From the sequence record SRR31156797_979: a stretch of DNA of 57,963 bases. The stretch is one strand, 5' to 3'. Position 1 is the stretch's first letter; each line of letters begins with the position of its first letter. Positions 30,930 through 39,937 of this stretch are shown piece by piece. The translations under genes and the position numbers were made by a program. The notes below the pieces were generated by a model. It saw only the letters and a list, made by a program, of their open reading frames with translations, searched no databases and was not told where the DNA came from.

Positions 30930-32000
30930 TCAATACCTCTTCCCCAGTGCATCCCAGACTCCAAGCAAATACATTGCACCTAAAGCTCTGTCATGCAAAC
31001 CATATCCCGGTCTGCATTTATCCTCTTCACCCCATAGGTGTCTGCCGTGATCTGGTCTTAAATAGCCCTTGAAACCTATATCATAAAGCGATTTCATAAC
31101 TTCCACAGTATCAACGTTGCCATCCTTTGCTCTGTGAGATACTTCGATAAAGTCACCATTATCGAATACCTTTACATTCCTAACATGAGCAAAATGTATT
31201 CTGTCTCCAAATTCTCTGATAATATCCGGTATATCATTTTTTAGACTAGAGCCAAGAGAACCTGTACACAAAGTTAATCCATTATATTCTGATGGTACCA
31301 ATTCCAAATATCTTTTAATATGTTCTCGGCTTCTGACTATTCTAGGCAGCCCAAATATGGGCCAAGGAGGATCATCGGGATGTACAGCCATCTTTACATC
31401 GCATTCCTCACATACTGGAATAATTCTCTCTAAGAAATACTTGCAGTTCTCATAAAGCTTTTCCTCAGTAACTCCTTTATACTCTTCAAAGAGTTCATTC
31501 AGCCTTTCAAGCCTTTCAGGCTCCCAGCCCGGCATAGTCATATTTCCAGCCCCTGAGAGCAGTCTATCTACCATTTCTTTAGGTGAAACGCCATTAACAA
31601 ATTCATTTTGATAAAATAGAGCCGTAGTTCCGTCATCGGACTTCTTATACAAATCAGTTCTAGTCCAGTCGAATACAGGCATAAAGTTGTAGCATATTAC
31701 CTTTACGCCGACTTTTGATAATTTCCTTATAGTATCAATGTATATGTCTATGTACTTATCTCTAGTATCTTTTCCTATCTTAATATCATCATGTACATTT
31801 ACACTCTCTACTACATCAATATCAAATCCACTTGCCTTGATATGTTCTGCTTCTTTTGTTATTTCGTCCATTCCCCAGACTTCGCCTGCCACCTTATGAT
31901 GAAGTGACCAAACTACTACATCTACACCCGGTATTTGCTTGATATGGCTAAGAGAAATATTATCATTATCCTCACCATACCACCTCCAAGACATCTTCAT
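30930..32000 (-). CDS. uxuA: Mannonate dehydratase
   Basis: MKMSWRWYG, VVESVNVHDDIK, CYNFMPVFDWTRT, HPDDPPW, RPDHG, PGYGLHDRALG. Confidence 0.96.
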   Translation of the reverse strand: MKMSWRWYGEDNDNISLSHIKQIPGVDVVVWSLHHKVAGEVWGMDEITKEAEHIKASGFDIDVVESVNVHDDIKIGKDTRDKYIDIYIDTIRKLSKVGVKVICYNFMPVFDWTRTDLYKKSDDGTTALFYQNEFVNGVSPKEMVDRLLSGAGNMTMPGWEPERLERLNELFEEYKGVTEEKLYENCKYFLERIIPVCEECDVKMAVHPDDPPWPIFGLPRIVRSREHIKRYLELVPSEYNGLTLCTGSLGSSLKNDIPDIIREFGDRIHFAHVRNVKVFDNGDFIEVSHRAKDGNVDTVEVMKSLYDIGFKGYLRPDHGRHLWGEEDKCRPGYGLHDRALGAMYLLGVWDALGKRY

Positions 32001-32013
32001 ACTATCTCCTTAC

Positions 32014-32706
32014 TCAAACAAAATACTCAGGATATCTTTGCTTGATTTTATATCTTTTTTCTAATATTGTTTCTAAATGTTTTTTTAAATTTTCCTCTGC
32101 TAAATCTATATCTTTACTATTTATTGCATCGTATATGGATACATGTTCTTTCAAAAGATTCTCGCATTCGTCTTTTCCCATAGTATCCAGTATTCTGATC
32201 CTATCGTATTGTTGAGATGTAAGCTTAATATAGTCCCATACTTTTCCCATATTTAAACTTTCAAATATAGATTTATGAAAAAAATCATCCACTTTCAAAA
32301 ACTGTTTGTAATCATTGTTTCTAATTGCTTCTTTTTGGTCTTGTAGAATATCGCTTAACAGATTTATCAATTCTTCGCTATCATTTCTTATAGCTTTTTT
32401 AATTGCAGCTAGTTCTAGGCTTTCTCTAATAAATACAACTTCATTAATATTGGACAAATCAATCTTTGAAACATAAGTACCTCTTTGAGAAAGGATGTTT
32501 AATAGTCCCTCCTCCTTAAGCCTAATAAAGCTCTCCCTAACTGGTGTTCTGCTGACATTTAGGGCTTTTGAAATCTCATTTTCGCTTATTCTCTGTAACG
32601 GAACAAAATTGAAATTCATAATGTTATTCTTTACTACTTGATAAACGAATTTAGAAACTGGAGTTTCTGCAAACTCGTTTGCTCCGTTGATTTCTAATTT
32701 GTGCAT
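32014..32706 (-). CDS. GntR family (FadR/FCD) transcriptional regulator, UxuR-like by context
   Basis: ISENEIS.ALNVSRTPVRES..RL..EG..QRGTYV wHTH; DDFFH, EH..I FCD domain. Confidence 0.9.
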   Translation of the reverse strand: MHKLEINGANEFAETPVSKFVYQVVKNNIMNFNFVPLQRISENEISKALNVSRTPVRESFIRLKEEGLLNILSQRGTYVSKIDLSNINEVVFIRESLELAAIKKAIRNDSEELINLLSDILQDQKEAIRNNDYKQFLKVDDFFHKSIFESLNMGKVWDYIKLTSQQYDRIRILDTMGKDECENLLKEHVSIYDAINSKDIDLAEENLKKHLETILEKRYKIKQRYPEYFV

Positions 32707-32774
32707 CCCGTACTCCCTTATTGTCCAATGCCCCGTAAAAAAAATGTTTTCATCGTGCTGTATGCGCTGTTAGC

Positions 32775-32798
32775 AACTAGTATACTACCATACAAGTT
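32775..32798. promoter_or_regulatory. GntR/UxuR-like operator
   Basis: AACTAGTATACTACCATACAAGTT contains the near-perfect palindrome CTAGTATACTAc, typical of FadR-subfamily hexuronate repressors. Confidence 0.6.
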
Positions 32799-32813
32799 TA
32801 CTTGGTGGAATCC

Positions 32814-32865
32814 GTAACCGGTTCCAATATATGAGTATTATAATGTAAATATTAAAATTAATCAA
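32814..32865 (-). promoter_or_regulatory. SigmaA promoter of the gntR-uxuAB-xylan operon with a LacI-like site just downstream
   Basis: Minus strand TTGATT (32860-32865), 17 bp, TATAAT (32837-32842); GGAACCGGTTAC dyad at 32814-32825. Confidence 0.65.
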
Positions 32866-33131
32866 CATTTTTTATTACAATCAAATATCTAGCTGATACC
32901 ATTCACTCGTTTAAGGCTTAGTTTGTTAGGTTTATTCTCCATTTTTTACCATAATTTTAGCTTAAAGTATTAGATTTACAGTAACTTTTATGTTATTCTG
33001 TGAGAAGATTAGGATTATATCTGATATTTTAGATGCTTTCAAACTTGATCGATAAATAATATTAGTATGGGTAATATGCATCGGTATCTATCGATACCAG
33101 TACAATTGAATAGAAAAAGGAGAAGAAGAAT

Positions 33132-34229
33132 ATGGGTTCATCAATTAGCAGAGAACTATCACCTTTGGATTTCGCAAAGCAAGCCTGCGATACAATGATT
33201 AAGAGATTTCCATCAGAAAGCCTACCTCCAGTAGGAAAGTTCTACTATCATCAGGGGGTTTTCCTCTCAGGTATGCAGAAGACATATGAATTGTGCAAAG
33301 AAGATAAGTACTTTAATTACGTAAAATCATGGGTAGATTCAGTTATCCAAGAAGATGGCAGTATACATTATATGGACAAAGGACAGCTGGATTACCTACA
33401 GCCGGGAGTTCTGCTCTATCAGTTATATAATATATCAAAAGATGAAAGATACAAAAAGGCACTTGATACACTAATATCAATCATTGATGATTTCCCAAAA
33501 AGTCCAGAGGGCGGTTTCTGGCATAATGAACACTGTCAGGATCAGATGTGGCTGGATGGGCTATATATGGCTGGTCCTATATGCACCCAGTATGCCGCAG
33601 CCTTTAAGAAGATGAAGTATTTTGACTTAGCAGCGTATCAGGCTCTGTTAATGGAGCAAAAGACCAAAGATACTACCACAGGACTTTGGTATCATGCCTG
33701 TGACCGCAGCAAAAAATCACCATGGGCAAATCCAACTACTGGAAACTCGCCAGAATTTTGGGGACGCTCTATAGGCTGGGTTCCTGTTGCAATACTGGAA
33801 GAATTAGACCACATACCAAAAGAACATAAGGACAAGGATGAGCTAATTCGCCTCACAACTGACTTACTAAAGGCGGTTATAAAATATCAGGACAGTGAAA
33901 GTGGACTATGGTATCAGGTTATAGATAAAGGAGATCAAGAGGATAATTGGCTGGAATCATCATGTACATGTCTGTTTGTTGCTGCTATCTGCAAGGCGGT
34001 GAGGAATAATTATTTAGACGATACATATCTTGACATTGCACAAAAAGGATATAAAGGAATTATTAATCGTTTACGGTATGATGGTGATGATATAATCGTT
34101 GATAATATCTGTATAGGCACTGGTGTTGGTGATTATGCTCATTATTGTGCTCGCCCAACTAGTAAAAACGATTTGCATGGTATGGGGGCTTTCCTTATTA
34201 TGTGTACAGAGGCAGAGAGAATACTCTAG
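33132..34229 (+). CDS. GH105 unsaturated (rhamnogalact)uronyl hydrolase, YteR-like
   Basis: YHQGVFL, LDYLQPG, GGFWH, QMWLDGLYM, TGLWYHA, FWGRSIGW, GLWYQV, NWLESS, ICIGT, NDLHG. Confidence 0.92.
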   Translation: MGSSISRELSPLDFAKQACDTMIKRFPSESLPPVGKFYYHQGVFLSGMQKTYELCKEDKYFNYVKSWVDSVIQEDGSIHYMDKGQLDYLQPGVLLYQLYNISKDERYKKALDTLISIIDDFPKSPEGGFWHNEHCQDQMWLDGLYMAGPICTQYAAAFKKMKYFDLAAYQALLMEQKTKDTTTGLWYHACDRSKKSPWANPTTGNSPEFWGRSIGWVPVAILEELDHIPKEHKDKDELIRLTTDLLKAVIKYQDSESGLWYQVIDKGDQEDNWLESSCTCLFVAAICKAVRNNYLDDTYLDIAQKGYKGIINRLRYDGDDIIVDNICIGTGVGDYAHYCARPTSKNDLHGMGAFLIMCTEAERIL

Positions 34230-34258
34230 CCAACAAATTACTATGCTTTACCAATCAT

Positions 34259-34293
34259 AAAAGGGGCTATCCTTTTCTCGGACAGCCCCTTTT
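34259..34293. terminator. Bidirectional intrinsic terminator between convergent genes
   Basis: AAAAGGGGCT-ATCC-n7-GGAC-AGCCCCTTTT with A/T tracts on both sides. Confidence 0.85.
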
Positions 34294-34346
34294 ATATTCA
34301 TTAACTCAATTTTATATTAATCTGTCATTTATTCTGAAATATTATC

Positions 34347-37300
34347 TTATACTTGCTTTTTATTTTTCCTAAGTAGTATAAATGATGCTACAGCAATAAT
34401 CAAAGCTATTGCAGCAATAATAATTAATGTTTTTAAAACTGAACTATACTCTCCAGCAGGAGTAACTACAATTGTTCCTGTATAGGTTTCACCAGCTTCA
34501 ACATTGATTTTAGTTCCGTCTACCTCTACTGTACCATTAATAGTTCCGCCGTCTTCTACTGTCAAACTAGTAATATATGAGAGTTCGGTAACATTCCATA
34601 CACCGCCATCTTCAATTACTACTGAGACATCATTGCTTCCATTGTAATACTCTTGGTTTGCAACATGACCTAGCTTATAATACTCATCAATAGTAAAGTA
34701 AGTGTTTTGTGTTTCACCGCCATCAGTTGAGTGTATTGCTGATGTAGCACTAATTGCACCTGTCAGCTCAGCACCACTTCCTAGAGTAACCAGTAGAGTC
34801 TTAGCACTTTGCACATATCCAGTTGCATTGTACATATTACCTTCCAATGTTACGTTTGTAAAGTTAGCAGTAACTGAATAGCCTGATGATTCTTCTCCTG
34901 CACCCATAGACTGCATATCACTTGGCATATCGCCCTCTGGCATACCCTCTGGTCTTTCGCCTTCCTGCATTTTTTCCGGCATATCGCCTTCTGACATACC
35001 CTCTGGTCTTTCGCCTTCTGGCATATCGCCCTCTGGCATTTCACCCTCTGGCATACCCTCTGGTCCTTCGCCTTCCTGCATTCCTTCTGGCATATCACCT
35101 TCTGGCATTCCTTCAGGTCCTTCTCCTTCCGGCATTCCGCCTTCAGTATCTGAACTGCTTGAACTATATATTACATCATTATCAATTCCTGGGTAGCCTT
35201 CTTCTTCACTGAATTCAGTGTTAAAGACTTGTTCTTTCCCATCCTGTACACCGACAACTGAGTCATCATTATCCATCATTTGCAGGATTATACCATCTGC
35301 TGTGTTCAGCTCTGAATTATCTACATTTATATTTACAGTACCATTTTTAATTAAAAATATGGCATTCTCTGTATTGAATATCGTACCATCCAGGATATTA
35401 GCATCACCGCTACCATGCCACATGATACCAAATGCATCAGAGTTCACTACACTATTGTTGTCTTCACCTTCAATATCTTCGAATACAGTTGTTTCTTCTT
35501 CATCATCTTTGTTAACTGTAAAAGTACCCTCAGATGATGCATAAGTCACATAACCGCCTGTAATAATATTGGCAAATGTAGCTACATTCATTGTTGTACC
35601 ATAGAAATATTCCTTTGCTTCGCCAATAGCATATGTACCATAGCCGCTATCCCCTGTTAGATCCAGAGTTGAATCAATTGCTGTAAGCACTACATTTGAG
35701 CAGCCATCAGTTGAAAGTACTCCCCAATCACTAGCTGAGATATTTGAATTAACAAAAGTACTTGTACTGTAGTTGCCCAGCATGTTTGTTGATCGTGCAG
35801 TACCTGAAATTCCCAAAACCCAAGGAGGTGTGACCATTATTTTTGTATTAGCAGTGTTTTCATATCCTTCATACACTGTACCGCCGGCTACACTTATGTC
35901 TGAGTCAGTAACCAGTACGTCTGCACCATCATCTGCTACAACAGCACAGCGGGCTACACCTTCTGTATTTATTGTAACATTATCAACTATCAGTCGGCTG
36001 TTACCAAATGCTGACAAGACTGTGCCATATGCCGTGAAGTCCAGTGTGTTGCTGCCATCAGCTGTACTTAAGAAATTAAAGTCTGAATCTGACACAGTGT
36101 ATTCACCAGCATCAACCAGCATTATTCCATTGAAATTATCACTATTTGAATCAATAGAAATCCCTTGTGCGCTTGAATCATCATAGCTGCCACCGCTTAC
36201 TGCCTCTGTAACTGATTTTAATTCTTCAAAGCCGCTTTCACTGATAAACAGTCCAGTTCTATAATCCTCAGAACCAGATGCTGTTTCACTGGCATAATCA
36301 CCAGCTGCATTAGTAATGGATACATATGCATTATCATCTTCGCTATATTCAGTATTTGGTACTATCTTTGTTTCAACGCCATTTACTGTCAGCGTAACCT
36401 GACCCAAATTGGATACAAGTCCTTCCTCTGGAATTACACCTACAAATGAACCTTCTTCAACATTTGCTTCTACTGATACAGCATTATTCGATGATACAGA
36501 TGCTTCGTAATTATCGCTTATTACAATCGAACCAGTATATTCGCCTGCTGTTAACTGCGTAACTACTCCATTTACATAGCATTGATATCCATCTGGCAGA
36601 TTAACTGTTGCTGAATCCTCAATTGTTAAAGATGAGAGGCTAGATTCGCCTGTGACATTCCAGGTTGAACCGTTTTTCACTGTCATATTTGCGCCGTATA
36701 CAGTGCTCCAGCTCTCATCAGGCATCCAATTCAAATCTTCTGAATCGTAATCTGACCAAATCTCCTGCCAGTCTTCCAGCGTTCCAGAAACTACTGCACC
36801 AGTCATTGTTGTATTATCCAGCGTAATATTCATTATGCGTTGGTAATCCATATGCTTAATATCACCTGTTACATCCATATCACTCATAGTAACTGAAATA
36901 GGCTTTACAGAACTGGTATCTGCATCTCCCTCAGCAAGGAAGTTACCCATACTGTCACTATTTAGTGCAGTCATAATAAGTGCATTGTTATATGAATTAA
37001 TCACTGCGTTTTCAAGATTTATATTGGCACTTGTGCTCTTTAATAGGATTGCTGAACCGCTTACATAGTCTACATATGCTCCTACAACATCTCCATATTT
37101 TTCTGTATAGTCTAATGTACTCTCTAGTTCTGTGCTTGTTTCAAGGGTACTGTTAATTACATTCAGTGTACCGCAGTCAGCAGCAGATGCACCAGCACCA
37201 GACATATCCGGAGTATGGAGCATTATTGCGTTACGTCCAGCAGTAATTGTTGTTTCTGCATCTGTTGTTTCACCTTGATTATATTCTATTACATCTTCTG

Positions 37301-38267
37301 TAACAGATGCTCCGTCAGCTACTGTAATCTGACCGCTCTTTGCAATAATTGCACCGACCTCAGCAGATTCCAATGTGCTACCATACAGCCATACTCTGCA
37401 GTTGGTATCAGCATAAGTGCTGTAACCACCATTTTGTGCAGTAGCTGTAGTATTATATGCATATAGGTCAAGTCCATCTCCTGTAGCTGAATCTGTTGAC
37501 AGGGCTGCCCATCCCTCAGCATTACATGTAGAGTTAAAATAATATGTGTCACTTTGACCAATGGAGAAGTTAGAACGTGCAGTACCGCTAATCAGAAGTG
37601 CTTCGTTTGAAAAAGGTTCATCTATTTCATTAGTATTTTCATTATTTCCTGTTGATGTTACTACTGAGTCATTCACAATAATAGTACCATCATTATACAC
37701 ACTGGTAACGTATCTTCCTGCTCCGTCTACTGTAAGCTCTGAATCAGTAATGTACATCGTAGCACCATCATCTACTGCAATAGCACTTCCTCCTGTTGCA
37801 TCAGCTTCAGCCGCTGAATCTACACCAAGTGCAATTATACTATTTCTCAAAGTCACAATTGTATCTGCTCCTATTGCAACTATACCGTTATATTCATAAT
37901 CACCATCAGTAAGCTCAATATCACTGATAATTATTCCATAAGTTTCTTCTGTAATATAGCTCGAATACTCTCCTTGTGAGTATTCCTTATCCAAATTCTC
38001 TGAACCATCCTCAATAAAGATTGCTGACTCTGTTGGTACACCTGATGTACCTGCTGGCGATTCCATATTGCCCATGCCATCTGGCATTCCACCCTCTGGT
38101 GGTTCTGGAGCTACGCTCTCCTCTTGATTATCTGTTACTTCGCTAGTAGTACCAGTAACTGCTGAGTCATTTGTGTTGTCCAGTGAATTATCGCTCGTGC
38201 AGCCAGTAACAGCTGCTGCCAATAATACTAGAACTACTAAAATAAATATTTTTGATTTGTAATTCAT
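34347..38267 (-). CDS. Large acidic surface protein: lipoprotein signal, two homologous beta-helix-like modules, MPEG repeats, C-terminal TM anchor
   Basis: Lipobox VTGC (Cys23). Duplicated blocks ISGTARSN..GWAALSTD / ISGTARSTN..DWGVLSTD and WNVTGESSLSSLTIED / WNVTELSYITSLTVED. C-terminal LIIIAAIALIIAVASFILL-RKNKKQV. Confidence 0.8.
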   Translation of the reverse strand: MNYKSKIFILVVLVLLAAAVTGCTSDNSLDNTNDSAVTGTTSEVTDNQEESVAPEPPEGGMPDGMGNMESPAGTSGVPTESAIFIEDGSENLDKEYSQGEYSSYITEETYGIIISDIELTDGDYEYNGIVAIGADTIVTLRNSIIALGVDSAAEADATGGSAIAVDDGATMYITDSELTVDGAGRYVTSVYNDGTIIVNDSVVTSTGNNENTNEIDEPFSNEALLISGTARSNFSIGQSDTYYFNSTCNAEGWAALSTDSATGDGLDLYAYNTTATAQNGGYSTYADTNCRVWLYGSTLESAEVGAIIAKSGQITVADGASVTEDVIEYNQGETTDAETTITAGRNAIMLHTPDMSGAGASAADCGTLNVINSTLETSTELESTLDYTEKYGDVVGAYVDYVSGSAILLKSTSANINLENAVINSYNNALIMTALNSDSMGNFLAEGDADTSSVKPISVTMSDMDVTGDIKHMDYQRIMNITLDNTTMTGAVVSGTLEDWQEIWSDYDSEDLNWMPDESWSTVYGANMTVKNGSTWNVTGESSLSSLTIEDSATVNLPDGYQCYVNGVVTQLTAGEYTGSIVISDNYEASVSSNNAVSVEANVEEGSFVGVIPEEGLVSNLGQVTLTVNGVETKIVPNTEYSEDDNAYVSITNAAGDYASETASGSEDYRTGLFISESGFEELKSVTEAVSGGSYDDSSAQGISIDSNSDNFNGIMLVDAGEYTVSDSDFNFLSTADGSNTLDFTAYGTVLSAFGNSRLIVDNVTINTEGVARCAVVADDGADVLVTDSDISVAGGTVYEGYENTANTKIMVTPPWVLGISGTARSTNMLGNYSTSTFVNSNISASDWGVLSTDGCSNVVLTAIDSTLDLTGDSGYGTYAIGEAKEYFYGTTMNVATFANIITGGYVTYASSEGTFTVNKDDEEETTVFEDIEGEDNNSVVNSDAFGIMWHGSGDANILDGTIFNTENAIFLIKNGTVNINVDNSELNTADGIILQMMDNDDSVVGVQDGKEQVFNTEFSEEEGYPGIDNDVIYSSSSSDTEGGMPEGEGPEGMPEGDMPEGMQEGEGPEGMPEGEMPEGDMPEGERPEGMSEGDMPEKMQEGERPEGMPEGDMPSDMQSMGAGEESSGYSVTANFTNVTLEGNMYNATGYVQSAKTLLVTLGSGAELTGAISATSAIHSTDGGETQNTYFTIDEYYKLGHVANQEYYNGSNDVSVVIEDGGVWNVTELSYITSLTVEDGGTINGTVEVDGTKINVEAGETYTGTIVVTPAGEYSSVLKTLIIIAAIALIIAVASFILLRKNKKQV
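34915..35145 (-). repeat. Imperfect coding tandem repeat (G/D)MPEG(E/D) interspersed with E(G/R)PEG
   Basis: Recurrent ctctggcat/ttctggcat/atatcgcc units encoding GMPEGEGPEGMPEGDMPEGMQEGEGPEGMPEGEMPEGDMPEGERPEG... Confidence 0.9.
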
Positions 38268-38615
38268 ATACCATCCTTTCCCTTACTCTGTGTATACCTC
38301 TTTATTATCAGGTAACTCTTGTTTTCACGTATAATATTTTATCATCACTATCAGTAATACCGATTCATACATAATAGTACCCTACAATATTTACACAATA
38401 TAATATAGCTTTAATATCGCAATTATTAATATTATATGAACAAGTTGTATGGAGCTTTTTATCAATTATTGACCAGTTAAAATATAACAAATAGACCCTG
38501 TCTATAGGGAAATATTACCACAGTTTAACAATGCTAACAATTAAATGAACTAAATATCAATTAAATATGATATAATGAGTGCTAAATTTAAATAAAACCA
38601 CACGGAGATTATAGT

Positions 38616-39752
38616 ATGTATACGGTAACAATTATTATCAGCAGCATTATATTTATTGCTGTGCTTTTCGTAATCAATTTTATAGCACCAAAGGTAAAAA
38701 AACGATGGACTAATAAAATTACAGAATCAATAAATTCAAAGGAAAACTTATCAGCTATAGCCGAAGCCAGCGGTCTGGTAAAAAAGGATTTTATAAATAC
38801 AGTTTTCACTGCATTACTTGTACTGCTTAACATTTTACTTGTATTTTTGTATACTTCTTTTGTATTAGCTAGCATAGAATCTACTGCGAAATTTGCAACT
38901 GATTTTGCTAATGATTTATCGGATTATTTTAAGACATATTGGGAGGAATTTATTGACTTTCTTCCGAATGCTTTGCGTTTAATTACAAACGCTTATGTCA
39001 CTTATCTGATAATTCGATTATTAAAAATTGTACGAGACTTATACCTGCGTGATAAATTACATATTAAAGGATTCAAAAAGAAATGGGCAACTTCCACTTA
39101 TTTCATCTTGGCAACAATAATTATTATTATAATGATAAACTCTTCACTCAAATTCTTTCCTGGCTTTGGAACAAATGAATTTAACATAATTATAGCAATT
39201 ACAGGACTACTGACAACTTTTGCATCTCAACATGCTATATCTAATATGATAGCAGGTATGGTTTTGCTCTACGGTAATTACTTTGATGTAGGCGACCGAA
39301 TTGAAATTGGTGATATAGTAGGTGATGTAGTAAAGCTAAGCATATCTTCTACAACTATAGTCACCTTGAAGAATGAAACTATAGTTATTCCAAACAACAG
39401 CGTACTCAATAATAATTACATTAAGAACTACACAGCACGAAAAAAAGGTGTGAAATTAATTATACACAGAGATATAACAATCGGTTATGATGTGGAATTC
39501 ATAAAAGTTCACAATCTGCTTATCAATTCAGCTAAAAAAGTAGAAGGCATTTTGGACGCTCCAAGTCCATTTGTATTGACTAAGTCTTTGGATAATTCAT
39601 ATATAAGTTATGAAATCAACGGATATATAAATGATGAAAAACAAATGGTAAAAATCAGTACTGCCTTAAATCATGCAATACTGCAGGCGTTTGAAGACGC
39701 AGGCGTAGAAATTCTATCCCCCAGTTTTGTTGCGGTCAGAAACGACGATTAA
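38616..39752 (+). CDS. Small-conductance mechanosensitive channel (MscS family)
   Basis: TM-rich N-terminus, ISNMIAG, FDVGDRIEIGDIVGDV, IPNN, IKNY, ITIGYD, AGVEILSP. Extended -10 TGaTATAAT at 38568-38576. Confidence 0.9.
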   Translation: MYTVTIIISSIIFIAVLFVINFIAPKVKKRWTNKITESINSKENLSAIAEASGLVKKDFINTVFTALLVLLNILLVFLYTSFVLASIESTAKFATDFANDLSDYFKTYWEEFIDFLPNALRLITNAYVTYLIIRLLKIVRDLYLRDKLHIKGFKKKWATSTYFILATIIIIIMINSSLKFFPGFGTNEFNIIIAITGLLTTFASQHAISNMIAGMVLLYGNYFDVGDRIEIGDIVGDVVKLSISSTTIVTLKNETIVIPNNSVLNNNYIKNYTARKKGVKLIIHRDITIGYDVEFIKVHNLLINSAKKVEGILDAPSPFVLTKSLDNSYISYEINGYINDEKQMVKISTALNHAILQAFEDAGVEILSPSFVAVRNDD

Positions 39753-39777
39753 TACTAATTACCAATAAACTAAACAG

Positions 39778-39821
39778 GCACCATATATCCTTTTGGTAAA
39801 GATCATCAGGATATTTGGTGC
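39778..39821. terminator. Long inverted repeat between convergent mscS and cysNC
   Basis: GCACCAtATATCCT ... AGGATATTTGGTGC (13/14). Confidence 0.55.
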
Positions 39822-39937
39822 ACACTTTATACATTTTGTTATGCGGTTATTTACATCAAAAATCATAATTTAAGCTATACTCAGTACGTATCCCTACATG
39901 AACTTTACCAATAAAAAGATAGATGTGGCTATAGTTA

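Noticed and set aside
34915..35145. Repeat array as a possible CRISPR
   Set aside because: In-frame degenerate coding repeats with no unique spacers and no cas genes.
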